Shown here piece by piece: positions 43,629 to 52,992 of a DNA stretch of 64,000 nt. The translations under genes and the position numbers were made by a program. The first letter of the stretch is position 1. The number at the start of each line of letters is the position of its first letter. This stretch comes from Herbiconiux sp. GTDB lineage: Bacteria > Actinomycetota > Actinomycetes > Actinomycetales > Microbacteriaceae. The notes beneath the pieces were generated by a model that did not search any database, was not told the DNA's origin, and saw only the letters and a program-made list of their open reading frames with translations. The stretch is taken from the NCBI RefSeq assembly GCF_023264895.1, contig NZ_JAHFUY010000019.1:25013-89012 (forward strand). Direction: 5' to 3'.

Positions 43629-45655
43629 CCGAGGAGGCGTCGGCCGGGTACGCCCTGCTGATCGACCGTGACGACGTGATCGCGCACCTGCACGAGCGGG
43701 GGCTGCTGCACCTCGTGGCGGGGGATGCCGCTGTGCAGGGCGGTACCGTCGGCGACGCAGCCGTAGCCGGTGACGCTGCGGTCGTCGGCGCATCCGTCGA
43801 CGTCGTCGAGGTGACCGCGGGCAACATGAACCGCGTCTTCATCGCCCGCGGGCCGGCTGGTTCGCTCGCCGTGAAGCAGGCTCCGCCGTGGGTGCAGGTG
43901 GCGGGCCCGGAGTGGCCGATCGATCCCTCGCGCATCGTCTCGGAGGCCCGCACCTACGAGCGCCTCGCCGAGCGCGTGCCCGAGTCGATCCCGCAGATCG
44001 TCGACTTCGACGAGAGCCGGTACGTGCTCGTCATGGAGGACCTCTCGGCACTCGAGGTGCTCCGCGACGCCCTCGTGCGCCGCATCGCGACTCCGGACGA
44101 CGCGCTCGAGATCGACTTCGAGGCCCTCGGCGCGGTCGTCGGCCGCTTCGTCGGCTCGCTCGCGGCGGCCACCTCGAGGCTGGCCCTCGGCGACGAGGAG
44201 CACGCGCGGCTCGTGGAGCTCGCCGCCAACCCGGAGCTCTGCGCGCTCACGGTCGACGTGGTGCTCGACGAGCCCTACCGCGAGCACGAGCACAACCACT
44301 GGCATCCGGTGCTCTCGTCGCGGGTGCGTTCGCTGTATGCCGACGACGACGTGCGCGAGGCGGTCGCCGCGGTGCGTGAGGCGTTCGAGACGCGGCACGA
44401 GGCGCTCGTGCACGGCGACCTGCACAGCGGATCGGTGATGATCGGGCGAGACGGCGGGTCGCAGCGGGTCGTCGTCTTCGATCCCGAGTTCAGCTTCGTG
44501 GGGCCCATCGGCCTCGACCTCGGTCTCTTCTGGGCCAACCTCGAGCTCGCGGCGATCGCGGCATCCGCGGTCGGCGACGAGGAGCTGGCCCGCGCCCGCT
44601 ACTCCGCCGTGCCGGCCTCGTGGGCAGCGTTCGCCGAGGTGTGGAGCGCCGCGGGGCATCCGCCGACGTCGCTCGAGGCGATCGAGCGCGACGCCTGGCG
44701 CTTCGCCGGGGTCGAGGGCATCCGCCGCGCGGCGGGCTACTCGCACGCGGCCGACATCGAGTCGCTGCCCTCGGCACTGGCACCGGACGCCTCGGTGCGG
44801 CTCTTCGACGCCGCCCGCCACCACCTGCTCACGGGCGAGCCGCTGCGGTCGCAGCCGTTCGCCGGGAGCCCCACCCACCACCCCGATCCCCTCGAGGAGC
44901 GCACCGTGACCGAAGACCACACCCCCGCCCCCACACCCGATCCACTCGCCGTCTCGGCGCGCACCGTCGTCGTCGACATCGAGGGCACCACGAGCGCCGC
45001 CGGCTTCATCCTCGGCGACCTCTACGACTACGCCCGTCCCCGCCTGGCGTCCTGGCTCGACGACCACGCCGACGACCCCGCCATCGCCGAGGCGCGGCAG
45101 CAGGTCGTTCACGACGCCTCTCTCGCCACCGACGCCTCCACCGACGAGGTCGTGGCGGTGCTGCACGAGTGGATGGAACGCGACGTCAAGGCCACCCCGC
45201 TGAAGACCATCCAGGGGCAAATCTGGGCGGAGGGCTTCGCGAAGTCCGAGATCTCGTCGCACTTCTTCGACGACGTCATCCCGAAGCTCCGCGACTGGCA
45301 CACCCACGGCGTGGGCCTCGCCGTGTTCTCGTCGGGATCCATCGCCTCGCAGGTGCCGTGGTTCCGGCACTCGCCCGACGGCGACCTCACCGGCCTCATC
45401 ACCGACTTCTTCGACACCGTGAGCGCGGGGCCCAAGAAGGAGTCCGCCTCCTACGACGCGATCGCGTCGTCGCTCGGTGTCCCCGCCGGCGAGCTCGTGT
45501 TCTTCACCGACAACCCCGGCGAGGTGGCGGCAGCCCTTGCGGCGGGGTGGCAGGTCGTGGCCTTCTCGCGCGAGGGTGAGCCCTTCTTCGAGGCCGACTT
45601 CGGCGAGGCCGCCGTGGTGTCGTCGTTCGCCGAGGTCGAGGTCGTCGCCCCGTGA
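43625..45655 (+). CDS. fusion protein: MtnK-like 5-methylthioribose kinase domain (N-terminal ~430 aa) plus enolase-phosphatase E1 / acireductone synthase MtnC domain (C-terminal ~235 aa)
   Basis: N-terminal part: AGNMNRVF...VHGDLHSGSVMI...DPEFSFVGPIGLDLG (MtnK/APH kinase core). C-terminal part: VVVDIEGTTS...LKTIQGQIWAEGF...VFSSGS...FFTDNPGE (HAD enolase-phosphatase). The GTG overlaps the mtnA stop. Confidence 0.85.
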   Translation: MTEEASAGYALLIDRDDVIAHLHERGLLHLVAGDAAVQGGTVGDAAVAGDAAVVGASVDVVEVTAGNMNRVFIARGPAGSLAVKQAPPWVQVAGPEWPIDPSRIVSEARTYERLAERVPESIPQIVDFDESRYVLVMEDLSALEVLRDALVRRIATPDDALEIDFEALGAVVGRFVGSLAAATSRLALGDEEHARLVELAANPELCALTVDVVLDEPYREHEHNHWHPVLSSRVRSLYADDDVREAVAAVREAFETRHEALVHGDLHSGSVMIGRDGGSQRVVVFDPEFSFVGPIGLDLGLFWANLELAAIAASAVGDEELARARYSAVPASWAAFAEVWSAAGHPPTSLEAIERDAWRFAGVEGIRRAAGYSHAADIESLPSALAPDASVRLFDAARHHLLTGEPLRSQPFAGSPTHHPDPLEERTVTEDHTPAPTPDPLAVSARTVVVDIEGTTSAAGFILGDLYDYARPRLASWLDDHADDPAIAEARQQVVHDASLATDASTDEVVAVLHEWMERDVKATPLKTIQGQIWAEGFAKSEISSHFFDDVIPKLRDWHTHGVGLAVFSSGSIASQVPWFRHSPDGDLTGLITDFFDTVSAGPKKESASYDAIASSLGVPAGELVFFTDNPGEVAAALAAGWQVVAFSREGEPFFEADFGEAAVVSSFAEVEVVAP

Positions 45656-46512
45656 CCGCAGCGGATGCGCCGGGCGGGCCGGGCTCGTCCGGGCACGTGT
45701 TGGGGGCCGGCGTCGTCGACGACGCGTCGCTCACGGCGGCGGGGCTCGCGCTCGCGGCCGAGTCGGCGCGCTTCGCGGGCCTCGGCTGGATGCCCGGCAC
45801 CGCGGGCAACCTCTCGGTCACCCTCGCGCGCGATCCGCTGCGGCTCGCGGTCACGGCCTCGGGCCTCGACAAGGGCGAGCTCACCGCGAGCGACATCGTG
45901 CTCATCGACGGCGACGGCGAGTGGGTCCCGGATGCGCCGGGCGTGCCGGGCGGCTCGGGCGGGCCGGGTGGCTCTGGCGAGCCGGGCGGCTCGGGCGTCC
46001 CGGACGGCGACGGGGTGGCCACCGGCCGGCTGGGTGACGCGGTCGACGACCACCCGGCATCCGGCGGGTTCACGGAGCGGCTCGGGCTCGCCCGACGCCC
46101 GTCGGCCGAGGCGGGGCTGCACGCGCGGATCGCGGCGGTCACCGGAGCGGGTGCGGTCATCCACGTGCACGCCCTCGCGGCGGTGCGCGCGGCGCACGCA
46201 TGGCCGGAGGGCGTGGTGCTGCACGACCTCGAGATGCTGAAGGGCATCGGGCACTCGGCGCACGGCGAGCGCGTCGTCCTCCCCGTGGTGCAGAACCACC
46301 AGGACATGCGCGTGCTCGGCGACGACTTCGAACGCGTCTACCTCCGGCCCACCGCCGCCGACCCCGCGGCGGGCACGAGTGCGGTCGCCGAGGTGCCGGC
46401 GCTGCTCGTGGCGAGCCACGGCATCTACGCGTGGGGCGCCGACCTCCGCCAGGCCCGCTGGCACCTCGAACTCACCGAGGCCCTCCTCCAGATCGCCCTC
46501 GCGACCCGCTGA
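45652..46512 (+). CDS. mtnB: methylthioribulose-1-phosphate dehydratase (class II aldolase/adducin fold) with a ~55-aa Gly/Pro-rich insertion
   Basis: Shows GWMPGTAGNLSV, IHVHALAAV and ASHGIYAWG. The GTG overlaps the upstream stop. Confidence 0.8.
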   Translation: MTAADAPGGPGSSGHVLGAGVVDDASLTAAGLALAAESARFAGLGWMPGTAGNLSVTLARDPLRLAVTASGLDKGELTASDIVLIDGDGEWVPDAPGVPGGSGGPGGSGEPGGSGVPDGDGVATGRLGDAVDDHPASGGFTERLGLARRPSAEAGLHARIAAVTGAGAVIHVHALAAVRAAHAWPEGVVLHDLEMLKGIGHSAHGERVVLPVVQNHQDMRVLGDDFERVYLRPTAADPAAGTSAVAEVPALLVASHGIYAWGADLRQARWHLELTEALLQIALATR

Positions 46513-46693
46513 GCAGCCGCCCCGCCCCGCCCAGCCCCGAGCCGCCCCGAGCCGCTCCCCACCGAGCCGCGCCGGATCGAGCCGCGCGGCGCCGGATCGC
46601 GCCGGACCGGTTCGAAAGCGCAGAGCTCGCGGGCATCGGGGCGCTCCACGGCGCGGAGGGCGGGAGGAGTGCGGTTCTGAACCTGCTGAACCG

Positions 46694-47611
46694 CTAGAGG
46701 CCGAACGTGCGCTCGAGGAGCGTGCGGGTGAAGTCGGCGTCGACGGGGAGCGGGCGGCCGTCGAGCTCGCGCACGGGGGCCAGGAGGCGCCCGCTCGAGA
46801 GCAGCCAGAGGCCGTCGGCGGTGGCGAGCTCGGCCGGAGTGATCACGGCCTCCGCGGTCTCGAAGCCGAGTGCGCCGAGCGTCTCGAACACGGCGGCCTG
46901 CGTGGTGCCCGCGAGGATGCCGAGGTCGGGTCGCGGGGTGCGGAACACGTCGCCGTGGCGCACGACCACGTTCGAGGTGGGTCCCTCGAGCACGACGTCG
47001 TCGGTGCTGACGAAGATCACGTCGTCGGCGTCGCGGCGGGCCGCCTCGCGGAGGGCGGCCTTGTTGAGCGCGTAGGAGAGCGTCTTCGCGCCCTGCAGCA
47101 GCCACGGCGAGGTCTGCGCGATGTCGTGCCGGTAGCCGCGGTCGAGCGTCACCACGCGGATGCCCGTGCTGCGTGCCGCGCTGTGGTCGGTCCCGGCGAG
47201 CACCTGCACCCACCCGCTCGCTCGGTCCGCGCCCTCGATGCCGCGGCTGTGCAGGAGCTTCACGAGCAGCTCGCGCTGCGGGGCGTGCGCGGCGAGTGCG
47301 AGCCGGGCGGCGCGTTCGAACGCCTCGACGTCGGGCTCGGGCAGGTCGAGCATGGCCGACGAGTGCTTGAGGCGCGCGAGGTGCCGGGGCAGCTCGATGA
47401 ACCGTCCGTCGATCACCCCGATCGACTCGAACACCCCGTCGCCCCGCGTCACGGCGAGATCGGCCACGTTCACGGCCGCCTCCCGCATCGGCAGCACTGG
47501 TCCGACGCCGCCCCCGGCCACTGCCGCCGCCCCGCCGCCTGCTCCGCCCCCGGCCTCCGCTCCGTCGCCCACGAACACGACCAGATCCTCAACCGCCACG
47601 CCACCGCTCAT
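46694..47611 (-). CDS. class IV (branched-chain / D-amino acid / ADC-lyase type) aminotransferase family protein
   Basis: Shows TRGDGVFES...GAKTLSYALNKAA...EGPTSNVV. Gly/Ala-rich insertion near the N-terminus. Confidence 0.8.
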   Translation of the reverse strand: MSGGVAVEDLVVFVGDGAEAGGGAGGGAAAVAGGGVGPVLPMREAAVNVADLAVTRGDGVFESIGVIDGRFIELPRHLARLKHSSAMLDLPEPDVEAFERAARLALAAHAPQRELLVKLLHSRGIEGADRASGWVQVLAGTDHSAARSTGIRVVTLDRGYRHDIAQTSPWLLQGAKTLSYALNKAALREAARRDADDVIFVSTDDVVLEGPTSNVVVRHGDVFRTPRPDLGILAGTTQAAVFETLGALGFETAEAVITPAELATADGLWLLSSGRLLAPVRELDGRPLPVDADFTRTLLERTFGL

Positions 47612-47758
47612 CCCTCAAGTCTCCCCCACCCCGCGGACTCCGCCGCCCCGCCTCGCCCGCCCGCCGCCTCACCCACTTGACACAACTTGTGCCAAGTCGA
47701 GCGTTTTGAGCGCATCTACTGTCAAGTCGGAGGGAGTCACAGAGGCGCGGGGGCTCCC

Positions 47759-49090
47759 TCAGGCACGGAGGGCGGCGCGCACCGTCGCGAGGGTCTCGGC
47801 TGAGAGGGCCTCCACCGTGCGGATGCCGTGGCGGGTGAGCGCGAGCGCACGACCGGCGTGGAGGGCACCGCGCGCCGCCCGCTCACGGAGCTCCGGCGGG
47901 AGGGTCTCGATGTCGCTCGCCTTCGCGAAGCCCACGATGCGGCGGATCGTCTTCGCCGCCGCGAAGATCGCCGCGTCATCGCGGATGCCCTCGAGCAGAC
48001 TCTCGAGCACGTCGTCACCCCACACCCGCGGATCGACCCGCGAGGGCCACAGCGCCCGGTACTCCGCCTCGAAGGCGGACCAGAGCCGGCCGGGCAGCTC
48101 GAGGATCAGTTCGGCCCGGTCACCCTCACCGAGCGCCTCGGCCCGCGCCGCCGCGAGCACGAGGTTGGCCCACAGCGCCCCCAGGTCGAACCCGGTGGGC
48201 CCGACGAACCCGAACTCGCTGTCGAACGCCCGCACCGACGCAGAAGCGGAAGCGGCAGCGGAACCAGCGGAAGCAGAAGCAAAAGCCGAACCAGCGGAAG
48301 CAGAAGCAGAAGCGGACACAGCCGACGAACTCTCCGCCCCCCACGCATCCGCCCCGCCCGCCGCCGGCCGCACGAAGACCGAACCGGTGTGCAGGTCGCC
48401 GTGGATGAGGGACTGCGCCGTGGTCATGAACCGCCACTTCGCGAGCCCCATCTCGCGCACGAGCGCCGCATCGCCCCGCAGCGCCTCGACGTCGGCGACG
48501 TTGCCGGGCAGCACCACGTTGTGCGGATGCGGGATGTACGGCTCCGTGAACACGAGATCCTCGGTGATCTGCGCGAGCTCCGGGTTGACGGCCCGCGCCA
48601 CGAGCGCCTTGTGCTCGAGCGGATCCATGCCGAGCGGCGACGTCGCGAACGCCGTGCGCGCCACGTACCGGCCGATCTCCGCGGCCGCGTAGCCGTGCAC
48701 GCGGCCCTCGTTGAGTTCGTTCCGCCACACCCGGTGATCGCTGAGGTCCTCGATGGCCAGCACGTAATGCACGGCATCGAAGTCGAAGAAGCCCGGCACG
48801 TGCGTCGGATCGGCGGCGGCGTGCGCCCCCAGCACGGTGGCCTCGCGCGCCGACCGCTCCCTGGTCATCGGCCACGACGGATCGGTGCGCACGTGCGGCA
48901 GCGACTGCTTGAGCACCACGGACGCCCCGGACTCGTCGTGGATGATGAACACCAGGTTGAGATTGCCGTCGCCGACCTCGCGCACCGAGGCGATGCGGGC
49001 CGCATCGATGCGCGTCGCGAGCACCGGCCGGCTCGCGAGGTAGGCGCCGACGGTCGCGGAGGTGAGCTGAGAGAAGTCGGAGTCGTTCAT
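47759..49090 (-). CDS. mtnK: S-methyl-5-thioribose kinase
   Basis: Shows VGDGNLNLVF...LKQSLPHVR...IHGDLHTGSVFV...DSEFGFVGPTGFDLG. Carries a Ser/Ala-rich insertion. Confidence 0.9.
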   Translation of the reverse strand: MNDSDFSQLTSATVGAYLASRPVLATRIDAARIASVREVGDGNLNLVFIIHDESGASVVLKQSLPHVRTDPSWPMTRERSAREATVLGAHAAADPTHVPGFFDFDAVHYVLAIEDLSDHRVWRNELNEGRVHGYAAAEIGRYVARTAFATSPLGMDPLEHKALVARAVNPELAQITEDLVFTEPYIPHPHNVVLPGNVADVEALRGDAALVREMGLAKWRFMTTAQSLIHGDLHTGSVFVRPAAGGADAWGAESSSAVSASASASAGSAFASASAGSAAASASASVRAFDSEFGFVGPTGFDLGALWANLVLAAARAEALGEGDRAELILELPGRLWSAFEAEYRALWPSRVDPRVWGDDVLESLLEGIRDDAAIFAAAKTIRRIVGFAKASDIETLPPELRERAARGALHAGRALALTRHGIRTVEALSAETLATVRAALRA

Positions 49091-49102
49091 CGGATCCCTG
49101 GA

Positions 49103-50152
49103 CTACGAGGCGGACGTGGTCGACCCGGCGGTCACCACGGTGCGCCGGCGCGAGAAGGTGAAGCTGAACAGGAGGGCGATGAGCAGCACGATGCCCTTGC
49201 CGAAGTCCTGCGCGTAGTACGGCAGGCCGAGCATCGTGAACCCGGTCACCATGACCGCGATCAGCACGGCCCCGAGCGCCGTGCCCCACGCGTTCGGCCG
49301 CCCGATGCCGAGCACCGAGACACCGACGAGGGCCACCGCCACCGCATCGAGCAGGAGCGAGTTGCCGGCACTCACGTCGCCCTGACCGATGCGCGCGGCG
49401 AGGAGGAGCCCCGCCACCGAGGCCAGCAGACCGCAGCCCATGTAGGCGAGCGTGCGGTACCACTGCACCCGGATGCCGGCGAGCCGCGCGGCCTCGGGGT
49501 TGGCCCCCACCGCGAACAGCGCGCGCCCCCACCGGGTGCGCTCGAGCAGGAACCACAGCAGTACGGTGATCACGACGAGGATGATGACGGGCACCGGCAC
49601 GGGCCCGATCGACCCCCGGTCGAGCCAGAGGAAGTCGGCCGTGAAGCGCCCGGGAGCCGTGGTGCCGTTCGACAGCGTCATCTGCGACGAGATCGACTTG
49701 CCGTCGACGATGATGAGCTTGAGCCCCACGATCACGAACATCGTGGTCAGGGTGGCCAGCAGGTCCGGGATGCGTGCCACCACGATGAGGAACGCGTTGA
49801 GTGCTCCGATCAGCAACCCGCAGACCAGCACGACCGAGACGGCGACGCCGCCGACCTGGTTGCCGATCACCATCGTCCACGCCGCGATCGACACCGCGAA
49901 GCCCGCGGAGGCGCCCACCGACAGGTCGATGCCGCCGACGGTCATGGCGAGCATCACGCCGAGACCCGCGATGGCCGTCGGGGCGATGAACTTGAGCATG
50001 CCGAAGAAGTTCTCGGGCGTGCGGAAGCTCGGCTCCGTGATGACGAAGAAGAGGATGAGGGCGACCGTGACCGCCACGAACCCCCACTTCACGACGAAGG
50101 CGGCCACCCGCTCGGAGGTCTTCGTGGACGAGATGCGAGGGCGGGCGGTCAT
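49103..50152 (-). CDS. ABC transporter permease (RbsC type)
   Basis: The ATG at 50152 overlaps the ATPase stop (ATGA). Multiple transmembrane segments. The ORF-track start at 50983 lies inside the ATPase gene. Confidence 0.85.
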   Translation of the reverse strand: MTARPRISSTKTSERVAAFVVKWGFVAVTVALILFFVITEPSFRTPENFFGMLKFIAPTAIAGLGVMLAMTVGGIDLSVGASAGFAVSIAAWTMVIGNQVGGVAVSVVLVCGLLIGALNAFLIVVARIPDLLATLTTMFVIVGLKLIIVDGKSISSQMTLSNGTTAPGRFTADFLWLDRGSIGPVPVPVIILVVITVLLWFLLERTRWGRALFAVGANPEAARLAGIRVQWYRTLAYMGCGLLASVAGLLLAARIGQGDVSAGNSLLLDAVAVALVGVSVLGIGRPNAWGTALGAVLIAVMVTGFTMLGLPYYAQDFGKGIVLLIALLFSFTFSRRRTVVTAGSTTSAS

Positions 50153-51720
50153 TCGGGGGCTCCTTCGGGGGAGGACGGGTGCGCGGCGCCGAGGAAGGCG
50201 CCGATGACGCTCGCGCGGTCGGTCTCGTCGGCGTAGCGGTCGAGCTCGATGCGGCCGGCGACGAGCACGACGATGCGGTCGGCCACCTCGAAGATCTCGT
50301 CGACGTCGCTGGAGAGCACCACGGCGGCGGCGCCTCCCGCGGCGATCTCGGCGAGGCGGGTGCCGATCTCGCGCCGGGCGGCGATGTCGACCCCGCGGAA
50401 CGGCTCGTCGAGCAGCGCCAGCCGGGGCCCTGCCGAGAGCCAGCGGCCCACGACGACCTTCTGCTGGTTGCCGCCGGAGAGGTCGTCGATCGACTCGTCG
50501 GGCCCGGTGGTGACGACCGAGAGGCTGTCGATGACGCCCTCCGCACGCGAGCGCTCGAGGCGCTTGGTGAGGAGGCCGCCGACACTCGAGGAGCGGAGGA
50601 ACGGCACCGTCACGTTCCGCTGCACCGACCAGCCCGGCAGGATGCCCTGCCGCTGACGGTCTTCGGGCACCAGGACGACCCCGGCGTCGATCGCGTGACG
50701 GGGCCGCTTGGGGGAGTAGGGCGCGCCCGCGAGGGTGAGCGATCCGCCGAGGGGAGCGGCGAGGCCCGCGAGCGCCTCCGCGATCTCGGTCTTGCCCGCT
50801 CCGATCAGGCCGAGCACGCCGAGCACCTCGCCCGCACGGATCTCGAGCGAGACGGGCTCCGACTCGGGCAGCAGCGTGACGCCGTCGAGCGTGGCCACGA
50901 CCTCGTGCCCGCGCTGGGCGGCCCCGCGGTCGTGCGAGAGCTCGGCGGCGCGGCCGAGCATGTCGTGCAGGATGCCGTGCCACTCGAACGGACGGGCGGA
51001 GTCGCTCTGCACCCGGCCGTCGCGGAGCACGACGACGCGGTCGGCGAGGGCCTCGATCTCTCCGAAGCGGTGTGAGACGTAGATGATCGAGAGGCCCTTG
51101 GCGCGGAGGGCGCGGAGCACCTCGAACAGGCGCTCCGCCTCGGCCGCGGTGAGGGCCGAGGTGGGCTCGTCGAGGATGAGCAGCTGCGGGGTGCCGCGGA
51201 GGGCACGCGCGAGCACCACGAGCTGCGCGTCGGAGATGGCCAGGCCCGCGGCGTCGCTGCCGAGCACGCCGTCAGACCACGACAGCCCGAGCGTGTCGAG
51301 AGCGGCGCGGGCGTCGGCGAAGGCCGAGCCGCGGGAGCGGAGCGGCCGGCGGGTGGCTTGGGCGAGGTCGTCGAGGGTGAGGTTCTCGGCCACCGAGAGG
51401 CCGGGCACGATGCCGTCTGCCACCTTCTGGTGCACGGCCGAGATGCCGAGTCGTCGGGCCTGCACCGGCGAGCTGAGGTGCACGGCGTCTCCGCCGATCC
51501 GGACCTCGCCGCTGTAGCGGGGGTTGGCGCCCGAGAGCGCCTTGATGAGCGTGGACTTGCCGGCACCGTTCGCGCCGAGCAGCGCCACGATCTCGCCGGG
51601 GTGGAACTCGAGCGAGACGTCGGTCAGCACCACGTTGGATCCGTAGGCCACCGAAACGCCCGCGAGGGACACGACGCCGGCGCCGTGCCCCTCGTGGGCG
51701 TTCAGAGAAGGGGAGGTCAT
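50149..51720 (-). CDS. sugar-type ABC transporter ATP-binding protein (two ABC domains)
   Basis: Walker A GANGAGKST. The ATG at 51720 overlaps the binding-protein stop (ATGA). Confidence 0.9.
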   Translation of the reverse strand: MTSPSLNAHEGHGAGVVSLAGVSVAYGSNVVLTDVSLEFHPGEIVALLGANGAGKSTLIKALSGANPRYSGEVRIGGDAVHLSSPVQARRLGISAVHQKVADGIVPGLSVAENLTLDDLAQATRRPLRSRGSAFADARAALDTLGLSWSDGVLGSDAAGLAISDAQLVVLARALRGTPQLLILDEPTSALTAAEAERLFEVLRALRAKGLSIIYVSHRFGEIEALADRVVVLRDGRVQSDSARPFEWHGILHDMLGRAAELSHDRGAAQRGHEVVATLDGVTLLPESEPVSLEIRAGEVLGVLGLIGAGKTEIAEALAGLAAPLGGSLTLAGAPYSPKRPRHAIDAGVVLVPEDRQRQGILPGWSVQRNVTVPFLRSSSVGGLLTKRLERSRAEGVIDSLSVVTTGPDESIDDLSGGNQQKVVVGRWLSAGPRLALLDEPFRGVDIAARREIGTRLAEIAAGGAAAVVLSSDVDEIFEVADRIVVLVAGRIELDRYADETDRASVIGAFLGAAHPSSPEGAPE

Positions 51721-52814
51721 CCGGAGACCGCGGGGAGCCAATCCGCCACGACCACGTCGGAGAGCTCGAGGCTCGGCTCGGCGGCACGCAGCTCGGTGAC
51801 GTTGGTGACCTCGTTCTCGGCGAGGAAGTCCTGCGTGATCGTGATCGCCGGGAAGAGCACCTCGGTCTCGTCGAGCTCACCCGCGAGGCTGAGGGCCAGC
51901 GTGCGCACGACCGCGGCGCCCACGGCGGCCGGGTCGGTGGCCGAGGTGGCGACCCAGGGGCTGCCCTCCGCGTTCATGACCTCGAGGTCGGCGTTGGAGA
52001 TGTCGATCCCGTACACCTTCACCTTGTCCTGGAGGTTGTTCTGCTGCACAGCCAGAACTGTACCCTTCGTGATCTCGTCGTAGGGGGCGAAGATCGCCTG
52101 CACATCCGGGTTCTGCTTGAGCGCCGCGTCGACCAGCGGCACGTTGTCGCTCGCCGTGGAGTCGGAGACCTCACCGGTGGAGAACACGACGTCGAGGTCG
52201 TTGTCGGCCACGACCTGATCCCACACCTCGGCACGGCGGTCGAGCGGGGCGAAGCCGGTGGCCGAGACGTAGCCGACCTTGGCGCCCTCGCCGACATCGG
52301 CGATGAGCTGCTCGAGCACGCCCTCGGCCATCGACTTGTCGGACTGCGCGGTGACGATGACGCCCTCGCTGTCGGTGAGCGCGAGGTCGTAGATGACCAC
52401 GGGGATGCCGGCCTCGACGGCCTTCGTGACGAGGGGCTGGATGGTGTCGGTCTGCCCGTGGTCGACGATGATGGCGTCGGGCTTCGAGGCGATGGCCTGC
52501 TCGAGGTCGCTCGCGTGCTTGGCGTTGTCGTTGCGCGCATCCGTGACCTGCAGGTCGATGTTCGCGAAGGAGGCCTGCGCCTCGGCCCCGGCGCCCCAGG
52601 CCTCGAAGAAGTCGCCGGCACCGCTCTGGCGAACGACGGCCACGGTGACGGGGTCGGCGTCGAAGGGCGCGGGCAGCTCGGCCGAGGCGGTGGGCGCGGT
52701 GCTCGCACCGGTGGTGGCGGCGGGGCTGCCGCTGGACTGCGCGCAGCCGGTGACGGCGAGGGCGCCGGCGGCGACGAGGGCGGTGACGACCGCTGCTCTG
52801 CGGAGGATGGCCAT
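51717..52814 (-). CDS. ABC transporter substrate-binding lipoprotein (ribose-type); predicted ligand is 5-methylthioribose or a related 5-deoxypentose
   Basis: AAGGAG ribosome-binding site, lipobox AVTGC and a type I binding-protein pattern. The ligand is inferred only from operon context with mtnK. Confidence 0.85.
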   Translation of the reverse strand: MAILRRAAVVTALVAAGALAVTGCAQSSGSPAATTGASTAPTASAELPAPFDADPVTVAVVRQSGAGDFFEAWGAGAEAQASFANIDLQVTDARNDNAKHASDLEQAIASKPDAIIVDHGQTDTIQPLVTKAVEAGIPVVIYDLALTDSEGVIVTAQSDKSMAEGVLEQLIADVGEGAKVGYVSATGFAPLDRRAEVWDQVVADNDLDVVFSTGEVSDSTASDNVPLVDAALKQNPDVQAIFAPYDEITKGTVLAVQQNNLQDKVKVYGIDISNADLEVMNAEGSPWVATSATDPAAVGAAVVRTLALSLAGELDETEVLFPAITITQDFLAENEVTNVTELRAAEPSLELSDVVVADWLPAVSG

Positions 52815-52992
52815 GGGAGTCTCCTTCAGGAGGACGGGGTGCTCGGGATGGGTGCGCCGGGGACCGGCAGGGTGCTGTGACTGCGAGTCGATTCAACCGC
52901 GCGGGCGAGCCGCCGCACGAATCGTGTTGCGCTCTGTTACTCGTGCGCGCCCGAGAGGGGACTGTGCAGGAGAGGAGGAATAGCATGGAAGT

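Noticed and set aside
46513-46693. Small ORFs and GAGCCGC-rich low-complexity sequence downstream of mtnB (for example the tail of ORF 46200-46697).
   Set aside because: There is no ribosome-binding site and no motif, and the composition is dominated by repeats of CCGAGCCGC. This is most likely non-coding 3' sequence between convergent genes.
34954-50585. Other very long shadow ORFs (34954-37260 minus, 43379-45370 minus, 47828-50236 plus, 48126-50585 minus, 57058-59226 plus, 32251-34215 minus, 32289-34514 plus).
   Set aside because: All overlap genes with clear family motifs on the other strand or frame, and all have repetitive Arg/Pro/Gly/Ala composition. They are treated as GC-driven artefacts.
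52815-52992. A possible SAM or other riboswitch in the divergent leader region between the methylthioribose-type importer operon and mtnD, and likewise at 42289-42404 upstream of mtnA.
   Set aside because: By eye I could not find the conserved cores of SAM-I or SAM-IV elements on either strand, only short generic hairpins. A covariance-model search (Rfam) is needed; a hit would overturn this rejection.
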